This document shows positions 53,011 to 61,318 of a DNA stretch of 64,000 nucleotides, piece by piece. The stretch covers positions 128,098-192,097 of IMG/VR virus record IMGVR_UViG_3300045974_000166. One strand, written 5' to 3'. The stretch comes from a virus. Below the pieces are notes generated by a model. It ran no database searches. It saw only the letters and a list, made by a program, of their open reading frames with translations, and was not told the origin of the DNA. The translations under genes and the position numbers were made by a program. The first letter of the stretch is position 1. Every line of letters begins with the position of its first letter.

Positions 53011-53225
53011 GCGCACTAGGAAAACATTCGACCGATCAGTCTGCTGAAATTGCTAGACTGCAAAAAGAAGTATCTGAGGCTTACAAGAAAGGTCTAAATG
53101 ATGCCATAGCTATTTGCGAATCTTGTGAGGTCATAGAAAGAGAATCTGGTCAAGTTGGCCTTGGTGAAATGCCATGGGTTATGTATTGTGTGCAGTGTAT
53201 TGAACAGGTCAGGGACTCAGAATGA
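53007..53225 (+). CDS. hypothetical protein
   Basis: ATGA overlap. Confidence 0.65.
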   Translation: MSALGKHSTDQSAEIARLQKEVSEAYKKGLNDAIAICESCEVIERESGQVGLGEMPWVMYCVQCIEQVRDSE

Positions 53226-53509
53226 TTTCAATTCCAACTCCCGTACCAGAACAAAAGTATTCATTCCTATGTACCAAGTGTGGTTCTAACAGATGTATTG
53301 AAGAAGATAAAGCAAAACAACACCCTCGTTGTGGCAATTTGGATTGTGGTTATATGGGTTTTGGATTTCCAAATAACTACACTAAAGAAGATATGGAAGC
53401 TTATGGCAGAGCTGAATATGCCCGTGCTGTAGACGATGCAATTGAAATGGTGTGTTTCCATGGTGGCACAGTTCATTTGGAAGCTCATATCAGAGCACTG
53501 AAAGACTAA
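53222..53509 (+). CDS. hypothetical Zn-finger protein
   Basis: CTKCG...CGNLDC. Confidence 0.65.
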   Translation: MISIPTPVPEQKYSFLCTKCGSNRCIEEDKAKQHPRCGNLDCGYMGFGFPNNYTKEDMEAYGRAEYARAVDDAIEMVCFHGGTVHLEAHIRALKD

Positions 53510-53513
53510 ATAG

Positions 53514-53542
53514 TTTACATGGCTTCATATCCATGTTAAAAT
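53514..53542 (+). promoter_or_regulatory. promoter
   Basis: TTTACA-17-TAAAAT. Confidence 0.7.
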
Positions 53543-53566
53543 TGACAAATTAGTAGAGAAACATCA

Positions 53567-53878
53567 ATGACAGATTTCATAGTAAAAAGCCCAACCAATC
53601 CCACCCATGTCTTTTTCCATCACTTCGGAAAACGTGGTGTGTACAATGTAGCAACTGGCAAGATCAAAAGCTTTGAAGCCAATGATTCCAACTTCAAAAA
53701 TCCTGCCAAGCTACTGGCAATTTCTGGTATCAATGCTCAACTGCACGTACAGATAAATGGAACGGCAATGACCGTAACGGATATGTACTACACAGACGGT
53801 TCAAGATTCTTTGAGCAAAAAGAGATTGCTAAATACTGTACTGGCTTCAAATGGAAATATGCTAATGAAACAAACTAG
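53567..53878 (+). CDS. hypothetical protein
   Basis: first ORF after promoter. Confidence 0.7.
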   Translation: MTDFIVKSPTNPTHVFFHHFGKRGVYNVATGKIKSFEANDSNFKNPAKLLAISGINAQLHVQINGTAMTVTDMYYTDGSRFFEQKEIAKYCTGFKWKYANETN

Positions 53879-54806
53879 ATATCCACTTTTTATTCTCTCT
53901 AAGGGTCGTTGGGAGTCTCGTATGACTTCTCGTACTCTAGAAGAAATTGGTGTAGACTACCACATCGTGATTGAAGAACAAGAATATGATAAGTATGCAG
54001 CTGTCATTGATCCCAAAAAGATTTTAGTTCTTCCATTTTCTAATCTTGGTCATGGTGGTATCCCGGCCCGGAATTGGATCTGGGAATATTCTATTTCTCA
54101 GGGTCATAAGCGCCATTGGGTGCTAGATGATAATATTCGCTATCTTTACCGGTCAATCCATAATACTAAGCTTCGAGTTAAGTCTACTGTACCATTTCGT
54201 TGTATTGAAGATCTGACCGATCGGTATCAAAATGTTCCTATGTCAGGAATGAACTATCATTTCTTCCAACCAACATTTGTGAAGAAAGAACCTCTGTACA
54301 TTAATACTCGAGTCTATTCTTGTATTCTACTGTCCAATGAAACTGATAAGCGCTGGAGAGTTCTTGACTGGGATGATAGCCCTGCCCCTTATAACGAGGA
54401 CACTGATCTTTCGCTTCAGTTCCTAGAAGATGGAGATTGCACTCTGCTTTCAAACCACTTCTCAATCGGCAAGGCAGATTCTGGTGCAGTCAAGGGTGGA
54501 AATAATTCTGAAGTCTATAAGTATGATGATCCAAATTATGATGCACGTTTTAAGTTTGCCGCATCACTGGCCAAGGCTCATCCGATGTATGTAGAAATTA
54601 CTCAGAAACATAGACGGTATCACCACCAGGTAGACTATTCTAAGTTTCAAAATTTCTCGGTGCTAAAACTAAAACCCGGAGTCGTAGTACCAACTGGTGA
54701 CAATAACTATGGTCTGAAATTAGTGAAACTGGATGATCCAAAGAATATCTGTTCTGCTTACAAGGAAACTGGTGTAGAAAATTACCTGGAGATAGAAAAT
54801 GAGTAA
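53811..54806 (+). CDS. GT-A fold glycosyltransferase, TAGT/GREB1-like (start about 53865)
   Basis: YPLFILSKGR, EEQEYDKY, GGIPARNWIWE, HWVLDDNI, VYSCIL, YNEDTDLSL, GGN. Confidence 0.8.
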   Translation: MSKKRLLNTVLASNGNMLMKQTRYPLFILSKGRWESRMTSRTLEEIGVDYHIVIEEQEYDKYAAVIDPKKILVLPFSNLGHGGIPARNWIWEYSISQGHKRHWVLDDNIRYLYRSIHNTKLRVKSTVPFRCIEDLTDRYQNVPMSGMNYHFFQPTFVKKEPLYINTRVYSCILLSNETDKRWRVLDWDDSPAPYNEDTDLSLQFLEDGDCTLLSNHFSIGKADSGAVKGGNNSEVYKYDDPNYDARFKFAASLAKAHPMYVEITQKHRRYHHQVDYSKFQNFSVLKLKPGVVVPTGDNNYGLKLVKLDDPKNICSAYKETGVENYLEIENE

Positions 54807-55083
54807 GAAGGAAAATCTATTCTCAATGCTCGGAGTTGACACAGATGTTCCAGTCTGGTCTGGTATGCCACATCACGTCCAGAATCAAGCCGAAGCAGAA
54901 TATGTCCTGTGTGTGAATCTTGAAACAAAAGAAGATCTACATGCATTTGCAGATTTGATCGGTCAGCCACAACTCAAGAACGAAGCAAAGACGAATCTGA
55001 AATCTACATGGTTCCCAAGACTTGAACGCGGCGAACGCGGCTCAAATGGAAACTACATTTGGGTTTCCGATGAAGACCTTTAA
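54799..55083 (+). CDS. small glycosyltransferase-associated protein, paralogue 1
   Basis: ETKEDLHAFADLIGQP...STWFP. Confidence 0.75.
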   Translation: MSKKENLFSMLGVDTDVPVWSGMPHHVQNQAEAEYVLCVNLETKEDLHAFADLIGQPQLKNEAKTNLKSTWFPRLERGERGSNGNYIWVSDEDL

Positions 55084-55084
55084 T

Positions 55085-55112
55085 TTTACTTCTCAATCTA
55101 TTTGGTTATAAT
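55085..55112 (+). promoter_or_regulatory. promoter
   Basis: TTTACT-16-TATAAT. Confidence 0.65.
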
Positions 55113-55118
55113 TGAACT

Positions 55119-55355
55119 ATGAATGAACTAGAAGAACTGATGGCTCAAGAGGCCGATGACAATTCCGAACTACCTTTTAAGCTGGTCGACAAACAAGGAC
55201 CAGGATATATCGCAGTGGTTCGTTTCAGAAACAAAGAAGACTACTTTGAATTTGCCGATCTGATCAAGCAACCAAAGCTGAAGGTCTATTCTAAATCGGC
55301 AATGAGAGAAACTACCTGGCCCGTCAAGGAACCAGAAAATTCTCTGTTCGACTAA
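55119..55355 (+). CDS. small glycosyltransferase-associated protein, paralogue 2
   Basis: RNKEDYFEFADLIKQP...TTWP. Confidence 0.75.
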   Translation: MNELEELMAQEADDNSELPFKLVDKQGPGYIAVVRFRNKEDYFEFADLIKQPKLKVYSKSAMRETTWPVKEPENSLFD

Positions 55356-55366
55356 TTAAACTTGGG

Positions 55367-56311
55367 GTGAAAATGAAAAAACGTATTTTAGTTACTGGCG
55401 CAGCAGGATTCTTAGGTTCACATCTTGTGAAATCTCTACTTGATGATGGTCACTCTGTCCTAGGTATGGACAATCTCAGTACAGGTTCAATGAAGAACCT
55501 TGAGCAGTTTGATGGGAATATGAACTTTGGTTTTGCTAACCACGATGTCACCGTACCGTACCATTTTATTGTAGATGAAATCTACAATTTGGCATGTCCT
55601 GCTTCACCACCAGCATATCAAGCTGACCGGTATAAGACTCTTATGACTTCCGTTAAGGGTGTAGAGAATGCTTTGAAGTGCGCTTTCAGTATTGGTAATT
55701 GCAAGGTATTTCATGCTTCAACATCAGAAGTCTATGGTGACCCAATTGTACACCCACAAGTAGAATCATACTGGGGCAATGTGAATACAGTTGGACCTCG
55801 CTCCTGTTATGACGAAGGTAAACGTGTTGCAGAAACTATGCTCACAGACTTCTCAAAGCAATATGGTGTGCCAGTTAAGATTGTTCGTATCTTTAATACC
55901 TATGGACCGAACATGGATCCACAAGATGGCCGAGTTGTGTCTAATTTCATTATGCAGGCTCTGCGTCACGAACCATTTACTATCTATGGCACCGGCCGCC
56001 AGACTCGTTCGTTCTGTTATGTGTCCGATACGATTGCCGGTTTCCGTAAGCTTATGGATACAACTTCAGATTTGTTTATCGAACCAGTCAACATCGGTAA
56101 TCCAAACGAGTTCACACTCATGGAACTTGCCGACATGATAGCTGAGAAGGTTGGAATTAAACCTGTGTTCATGTTCAAGTCCCTACCTGGTGATGATCCC
56201 AAACAGCGTCGTCCTGACATTAGTAAAGCTCAAAGAGTTCTCAACTGGGATCCAAAAGTCATGCTCTCCGAAGGTCTAGATAAGACCATCGAATATTTCA
56301 AGACTAAATAA
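55367..56311 (+). CDS. UDP-glucuronate decarboxylase (UDP-xylose synthase)
   Basis: GAAGFLGSH, LACPASP, STSEVYGDP, GPRSCYDEGKR, RIFNTYGP, DGRVVSNF, DDPKQRRPDI. Confidence 0.93.
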   Translation: MKMKKRILVTGAAGFLGSHLVKSLLDDGHSVLGMDNLSTGSMKNLEQFDGNMNFGFANHDVTVPYHFIVDEIYNLACPASPPAYQADRYKTLMTSVKGVENALKCAFSIGNCKVFHASTSEVYGDPIVHPQVESYWGNVNTVGPRSCYDEGKRVAETMLTDFSKQYGVPVKIVRIFNTYGPNMDPQDGRVVSNFIMQALRHEPFTIYGTGRQTRSFCYVSDTIAGFRKLMDTTSDLFIEPVNIGNPNEFTLMELADMIAEKVGIKPVFMFKSLPGDDPKQRRPDISKAQRVLNWDPKVMLSEGLDKTIEYFKTK

Positions 56312-56336
56312 ACATATCTAAACTACGGAGTATATT

Positions 56337-57167
56337 ATGGGAAAATTGAACATTGGTATTGTTGGTCTTGGCTTTGTCGGTAAAGCGGCAGCACATGGTT
56401 TCCAGAACAACAACTTGTTTCTAGTAGATCCAAACTTGGGTACGGATACTTCTCTACTCAAGAATCAGAAAATGGATGCAGTTTTCATCTGTGTGCCAAC
56501 CCCAATGGGTGCAGATGGATCGGTTGATATTTCTATTGTTGCTAAAGTTCTTTCTGAACTTAGAACTGTAGATACTCTTCTTGTTCTCAAGTCGACTGTG
56601 CCGCCAAATTTAGTTGCATGGTTTGCAGCAGAATATGAAAAGTTTGTTTACAATCCAGAATTCTTGACCGAACGGAATGCACTCTGGGACTTTGAAAATC
56701 CAATCTCCAATGTGTATGGCGGCAAGTTGGAATACACCAAACAGCTCGAGCAGATTTACAAACATCACTCAATTTGTAAGGAAGCAAATACTTTCCATAT
56801 GACTGCAGAGGAAGCAAGTTTTGTCAAATACGGCATGAACACATTCTTGTCAACCAAGATTTCTTTCTGGAATCAGTTCTATGATGAAACGGAAAAGAGC
56901 GGCTGTGATTATAATGCCATCAAACGTGCAATTGGAAATGATCCTCGTATTGGTTCGTCTCACATGGATGTTCCCGGACATGATGGTCGCCGCGGCTTTG
57001 GTGGTGCATGTTTCTACAAAGACTGTGCAGCATTTTTGAAATTCTCTGGTTCAAATGGTATGTCAGTACTTCGCGAAGCATGGAACAAGAATGTTGACTA
57101 TCGTATGTCATACGGAACTCTTCTTGATCGTGAAGTAGAACAACACGTGAACTTGATCAAACTATGA
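56337..57167 (+). CDS. UDP-glucose 6-dehydrogenase-like, short form lacking the C-terminal domain
   Basis: GLGFVG, CVPTP, KSTVPP, NPEFL, EEASFVKY, GFGGACFYKD. Confidence 0.88.
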   Translation: MGKLNIGIVGLGFVGKAAAHGFQNNNLFLVDPNLGTDTSLLKNQKMDAVFICVPTPMGADGSVDISIVAKVLSELRTVDTLLVLKSTVPPNLVAWFAAEYEKFVYNPEFLTERNALWDFENPISNVYGGKLEYTKQLEQIYKHHSICKEANTFHMTAEEASFVKYGMNTFLSTKISFWNQFYDETEKSGCDYNAIKRAIGNDPRIGSSHMDVPGHDGRRGFGGACFYKDCAAFLKFSGSNGMSVLREAWNKNVDYRMSYGTLLDREVEQHVNLIKL

Positions 57168-57342
57168 CCGAAGTTGAACAACTAAGAAAAGAACTCAATG
57201 AACTGCGTGAACGTATAGCAGTTCTTGAACGTCGATCTGCCCCGGCAACTCAGCCACCCCCAAATTGGAGTCCAACTGTGCCGGTATGGCCTAAAGACCC
57301 ACTTGCGCCACCATATACAATTACTTGTAAATCATCTTAAAT

Positions 57343-57371
57343 TTTACAAATCATTCTAATTGGTTTATAAT
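57343..57371 (+). promoter_or_regulatory. early promoter
   Basis: TTTACA-17-TATAAT. Confidence 0.8.
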
Positions 57372-57403
57372 CAACTATCTTGTTATGAAAAGGACCTTCC
57401 TAA

Positions 57404-58063
57404 ATGAAACTCTCTAAAACGACCCTTGAAGTTCTTCGCAACTTCTCCTCAATCAACCAAAACATCCTGATCAAGGCAGGTAAAACTCTTACGACACGAA
57501 CTGTGGCCAAGAACATCTTTGTGACGGCTGAGGTTGATGATACGTTTGACCAAGAGTTCGGCATCTACAATTTGCCAGAGTTCCTCGGTGTTATTTCCCT
57601 GTTCTCTGACCCAGAGTTCACATTCAATGAAAATTCGGTCACTATTTCTCAGGGTAAGAACAAAGTGCAGTATGTCTTTGCTGCTCCTGAAGTTCTGGAC
57701 TATCCAGATAAGGCCATCAAAATGCCTAAGACCGATGCAGAATTTGAACTTGCCGAGGAAGATCTGAAATCCCTTCTGAAGGCTGGATCTGTTCTTTCGG
57801 CTACCGATTTGCTCATCCAGGGTGACGGCTCTACAATTACTTGCACCGTGTTGGATCCAAAGAATCCAAGTTCAAACACCTTTGCGGTCGAAGTCGGAAC
57901 TACCGACCAGGTATTCTCGTCCTACATCAAGTTGGAAAACCTGAAGATGCCTGCTAGCATCTATACGGTCAGTCTGAGTTCTAAGAAGATTGCCCAATTC
58001 AGTTCCAAAACTATCAGCTACGAATTCTTCGCGGCTTGTGAAAAGAACTCTGCCTGGTCTTAA
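57404..58063 (+). CDS. gp45: sliding clamp gp45
   Basis: MKLSKTTLEVLRNFSSINQNI, FGIYNLPEFL. Confidence 0.95.
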   Translation: MKLSKTTLEVLRNFSSINQNILIKAGKTLTTRTVAKNIFVTAEVDDTFDQEFGIYNLPEFLGVISLFSDPEFTFNENSVTISQGKNKVQYVFAAPEVLDYPDKAIKMPKTDAEFELAEEDLKSLLKAGSVLSATDLLIQGDGSTITCTVLDPKNPSSNTFAVEVGTTDQVFSSYIKLENLKMPASIYTVSLSSKKIAQFSSKTISYEFFAACEKNSAWS

Positions 58064-58226
58064 TGTGATCATAGATAGGTACGGAATATGTGTTCTTGTA
58101 CCTATCTATCGGTATGTGGCTAATGGTCATCTTTAGTGCCATTAGCCACGTAAACCCAGTTAATGTACCATAAACCGCCCCTTAGCAGTGTAATGTCCTT
58201 TTTAAGTTACATAAGAAAGTTTTATT

Positions 58227-59165
58227 ATGAGTTTTGAGAACCAGGTATGGGAACATCGCTATCGTCCGAAAACTATCGACGACACAGTGCTTCCAGCCAA
58301 TGTGAAAAAGATGTTGAAAGAACAACTTGAGTCCGGTAAACTTCCGAACTACTTGTTCTCTGGTCCACCCGGTACTGGTAAGACTACGTGTGCCTATGCT
58401 ATTTCTGGTTTCCTTGATGCTGATGTACTTTTCATCAATGCATCGTTGGACGGGAACATAGATACACTTCGCACGAAAATTACTCAGTTTGTTTCAACTG
58501 TTTCATTCACCGATTCTAAAAAGATCGTGGTACTGGACGAAGCGGATTATCTAAATCCAAGTTCTGTGATGCCGGCTCTCCGCGGATTCTTGGATGAATT
58601 CAGCTCAAATGCACTGTTCATCTTCACGTGTAATTTCCCCGAACGGATTATCTCCCCTCTGCAATCTCGGCTGACTCGTATTGACTTCAAATTCTCCAAG
58701 GAAGAAAAGCAATCGGCCATGACTCAGATGTTCAAATCTGCATGTAAGATTCTAGACACCGAGGGTGTGACTTACGATAAGAAATCGGTGGCGGGCCTGG
58801 TATCCAAAAACTTCCCAGACTTCCGTAAGACAATCGTTGAACTACAACGGTATTCATCTTCCGGAACTATTGACTCAGGTATCCTGGCAACTATAGACGA
58901 CACCGGTATCAATGAACTTGGAACCTTCCTGAAGGAAAAATCCTTTACTAAGGTTCGTCAGTGGATCGCAAACAATCAGATGGACTCGTCTCAGTTCTAT
59001 CGGTTGTTCTATGATAAGATCTCAACTCAATTGCTTCCACAATCTATCCCTCAGTTGATTCTTCTCATTGGTGAGGCTCAGTTCAAGGCTTCTCACTCTA
59101 TCGACCAGGAAATCAACAATGCAGCATTTTGCATTCAAGTAATGCGTGACTGCCAATTCCAATGA
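58227..59165 (+). CDS. gp44: clamp loader large subunit gp44
   Basis: WEHRYRP, GPPGTGKTT, VLDEAD, LQSR, FPDFRKTI. Confidence 0.95.
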   Translation: MSFENQVWEHRYRPKTIDDTVLPANVKKMLKEQLESGKLPNYLFSGPPGTGKTTCAYAISGFLDADVLFINASLDGNIDTLRTKITQFVSTVSFTDSKKIVVLDEADYLNPSSVMPALRGFLDEFSSNALFIFTCNFPERIISPLQSRLTRIDFKFSKEEKQSAMTQMFKSACKILDTEGVTYDKKSVAGLVSKNFPDFRKTIVELQRYSSSGTIDSGILATIDDTGINELGTFLKEKSFTKVRQWIANNQMDSSQFYRLFYDKISTQLLPQSIPQLILLIGEAQFKASHSIDQEINNAAFCIQVMRDCQFQ

Positions 59166-59572
59166 GCCCCTTTGACATTGCCAAGAGTATCCTCCAAACC
59201 AAAGAGGATTTATTTACCACAGACGAACTATTCAACAAAGAATATGCTCCGTTTATGGTAAATCGCATTCTGTCTAATTCAGACAGAACTGTACTCTTTG
59301 CCGAGTGTATGGACAAATATTGTGGTTTAGACAAGAAACTTCAGTATGACTTTTATCTAAAAGGTGTTCCTCAGAATCGTGCATTTCAAAAAATGTGGTC
59401 TAAGAAAGAATCTTCCCAATTAAATACTGATCATGTAGAGTATATTTGTTCTAGAATGAATGTGTCTGCTAAGCGTGGTACAGAAATTTATAAATTAATT
59501 GGTTCAGAAGCCGTTGAGGCAGAACTAACCAAACATGGTGGGAAGAATAATAATGAAAGAACAAAAACCTAG
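59162..59572 (+). CDS. gp62: clamp loader small subunit gp62
   Basis: MSPFD, YAPFMVNRILS, LQYDFY; synteny. Confidence 0.9.
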   Translation: MSPFDIAKSILQTKEDLFTTDELFNKEYAPFMVNRILSNSDRTVLFAECMDKYCGLDKKLQYDFYLKGVPQNRAFQKMWSKKESSQLNTDHVEYICSRMNVSAKRGTEIYKLIGSEAVEAELTKHGGKNNNERTKT

Positions 59573-59963
59573 TGTTGGGATTGAAATTGCTTTAGACAAA
59601 CCAGATTCATTTCTACTTATTAAGGAAACACTTACAAGGATAGGAATCCCCTCTAAAAAGAATAAGACGTTGTTCCAAACGTGTCATATTCTACACAAAC
59701 AGGGAAAGTATTTTATAGTTCACTTTAAAGAATTATTTCTACTTGATGGCAAAACTGCCGATATTTCTGAAGATGATTACCGTAGACGGAATACAATTAC
59801 CAAATTTTTGAATCAATGGAATTTGTGTTCTATATTAAATAAGATCGACATCGAATTTTTATCTGCCTCTTCGGAGATAAAAATTGTTCCATTCAAAGAG
59901 AAAAAAGAATGGACTTTGCTTGCTAAATATACAATCGGTAATAGACCAAAGAATCCGGGGTAA
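59535..59963 (+). CDS. regA: translational repressor RegA
   Basis: FLLIKETLTRIGI, CHILHKQGKYFIVHFKELF, RRNTI. Confidence 0.95.
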   Translation: MVGRIIMKEQKPSVGIEIALDKPDSFLLIKETLTRIGIPSKKNKTLFQTCHILHKQGKYFIVHFKELFLLDGKTADISEDDYRRRNTITKFLNQWNLCSILNKIDIEFLSASSEIKIVPFKEKKEWTLLAKYTIGNRPKNPG

Positions 59964-59975
59964 TTTCACCCCAGA

Positions 59976-60001
59976 TCTATAGATGCCTTCGGGGTCTGTA
60001 G
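59976..60001 (+). terminator. UUCG hairpin, terminator-like
   Basis: CTATAGATGCC-TTCG-GGGTCTGTAG. Confidence 0.6.
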
Positions 60002-60035
60002 TAATTTTAAAACTTGCTTCTAAAGGAGTTAAAAC

Positions 60036-60473
60036 ATGGCTTATCTAAATCCAGACATCATGAACAATCTGTACAAAGATTTTATTGGTGCAAATAGACT
60101 TACAGATCGACTAAACTTTTTCTATGATGGAAAAGCTCACCAGTCTTCATTCCCACCCTACAATATTCTTGAATACGAAGATGGTGGATATGAGATTTCT
60201 TTGGCATTAGCCGGTTATAAGAAATCAGAGGTCACAATTGAAAATGAAAACAATACGCTAACCGTTAAGGGAACTAAGGAAGATAAAATTTCCTCAGATC
60301 GAGCGTATAAGTGGGTTTGGGGTGGCATTGCCAATCGCAATTTTGTGCGACAATTCTTACTTGAAGATAATATCAAAATTGTAGGTGCAGAAATGGTTGA
60401 CGGTATTCTTACTATCAGTCTTCAGAAGATTGTACCAGATAAGCCGAAAACTACATTGATCGCAATTAAGTAG
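60036..60473 (+). CDS. small heat-shock protein Hsp20
   Basis: FPPYNI, ALAGY, GIANRNFVRQF, GILTI. Confidence 0.93.
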   Translation: MAYLNPDIMNNLYKDFIGANRLTDRLNFFYDGKAHQSSFPPYNILEYEDGGYEISLALAGYKKSEVTIENENNTLTVKGTKEDKISSDRAYKWVWGGIANRNFVRQFLLEDNIKIVGAEMVDGILTISLQKIVPDKPKTTLIAIK

Positions 60474-60510
60474 ATTTTCCATAAATATAGATATCAACAC
60501 AGGTATCTAT

Positions 60511-60741
60511 ATGGAAAAGAAAACTAAAAAAACTCAAAGCTACTTCCAGGAGCTGATTAAGTCTAAGAAATTTCTTATAAACAATCGGTTCCTGGTCAAA
60601 CTGTCCATGGTCGACACTGGCGTTACTGAGAAAACATTTCTCATAGTAATACAAGACCTATTAGAAAATAATTTTAAAATGCAATTCTTCACAGCCGAAG
60701 AAGAAGTGAACAACCTGATTAAGATGCTATATCTTTTATAA
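60511..60741 (+). CDS. hypothetical protein
   Basis: tandem ORF. Confidence 0.65.
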   Translation: MEKKTKKTQSYFQELIKSKKFLINNRFLVKLSMVDTGVTEKTFLIVIQDLLENNFKMQFFTAEEEVNNLIKMLYLL

Positions 60742-60761
60742 CCCAAGAAAGTGAATTTATT

Positions 60762-61058
60762 ATGACAATCATTGACACAAACCAAGTTACTATGCCTAAC
60801 GATCCAATCGTGTTGAAGGCAATTAAAGATGCTATGCAAGAGGCATCGGCATCATTTACCCGTATTGAGGGTGAAAAGGATTTTCTGAAAGAACTCTTCG
60901 CCAACTTGGCCGAAGGTTCCGAATTGCCAAAGGCATATTTGAAAAAAATGGCACAGCTGTATCACAAACAAAACCTGGCTGCTGTGTCGGTTGACCAAGA
61001 GAATATTATTGAGTTGTATGAAAAGGTCTTTGGATCTCAGGAAGAAACACAGGAGTAA
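60762..61058 (+). CDS. T4 DsbA-like dsDNA-binding protein
   Basis: KKMAQLYHKQN...IELYEKVFG. Confidence 0.75.
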   Translation: MTIIDTNQVTMPNDPIVLKAIKDAMQEASASFTRIEGEKDFLKELFANLAEGSELPKAYLKKMAQLYHKQNLAAVSVDQENIIELYEKVFGSQEETQE

Positions 61059-61236
61059 ATTATGAATGAAGTAAGTATTAACATTGAAAAGATTGATGGT
61101 GGATTTTTGGTCTATGTGAATTCCACAGAAGGCCCAGGATTCCGCAAAATTGTGAGAAAACTTTCTGAGGTTGTCGCAATCGTCAAAGATGCAATGACTG
61201 ATCAATTAGTAAGCAATCAGTAATCGGCACCCACTT

Positions 61237-61265
61237 GAAAATGGCTCCATCTTGGGGCCATTTTT
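61237..61265 (+). terminator. intrinsic terminator
   Basis: AAAATGGCTCC / GGGGCCATTTT then T run. Confidence 0.8.
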
Positions 61266-61267
61266 AG

Positions 61268-61295
61268 TTTACAATCCATTCTAATGTGATAAAAT
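61268..61295 (+). promoter_or_regulatory. promoter
   Basis: TTTACA-16-TAAAAT. Confidence 0.7.
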
Positions 61296-61318
61296 GGATA
61301 CTATATTGATGAAAACAT

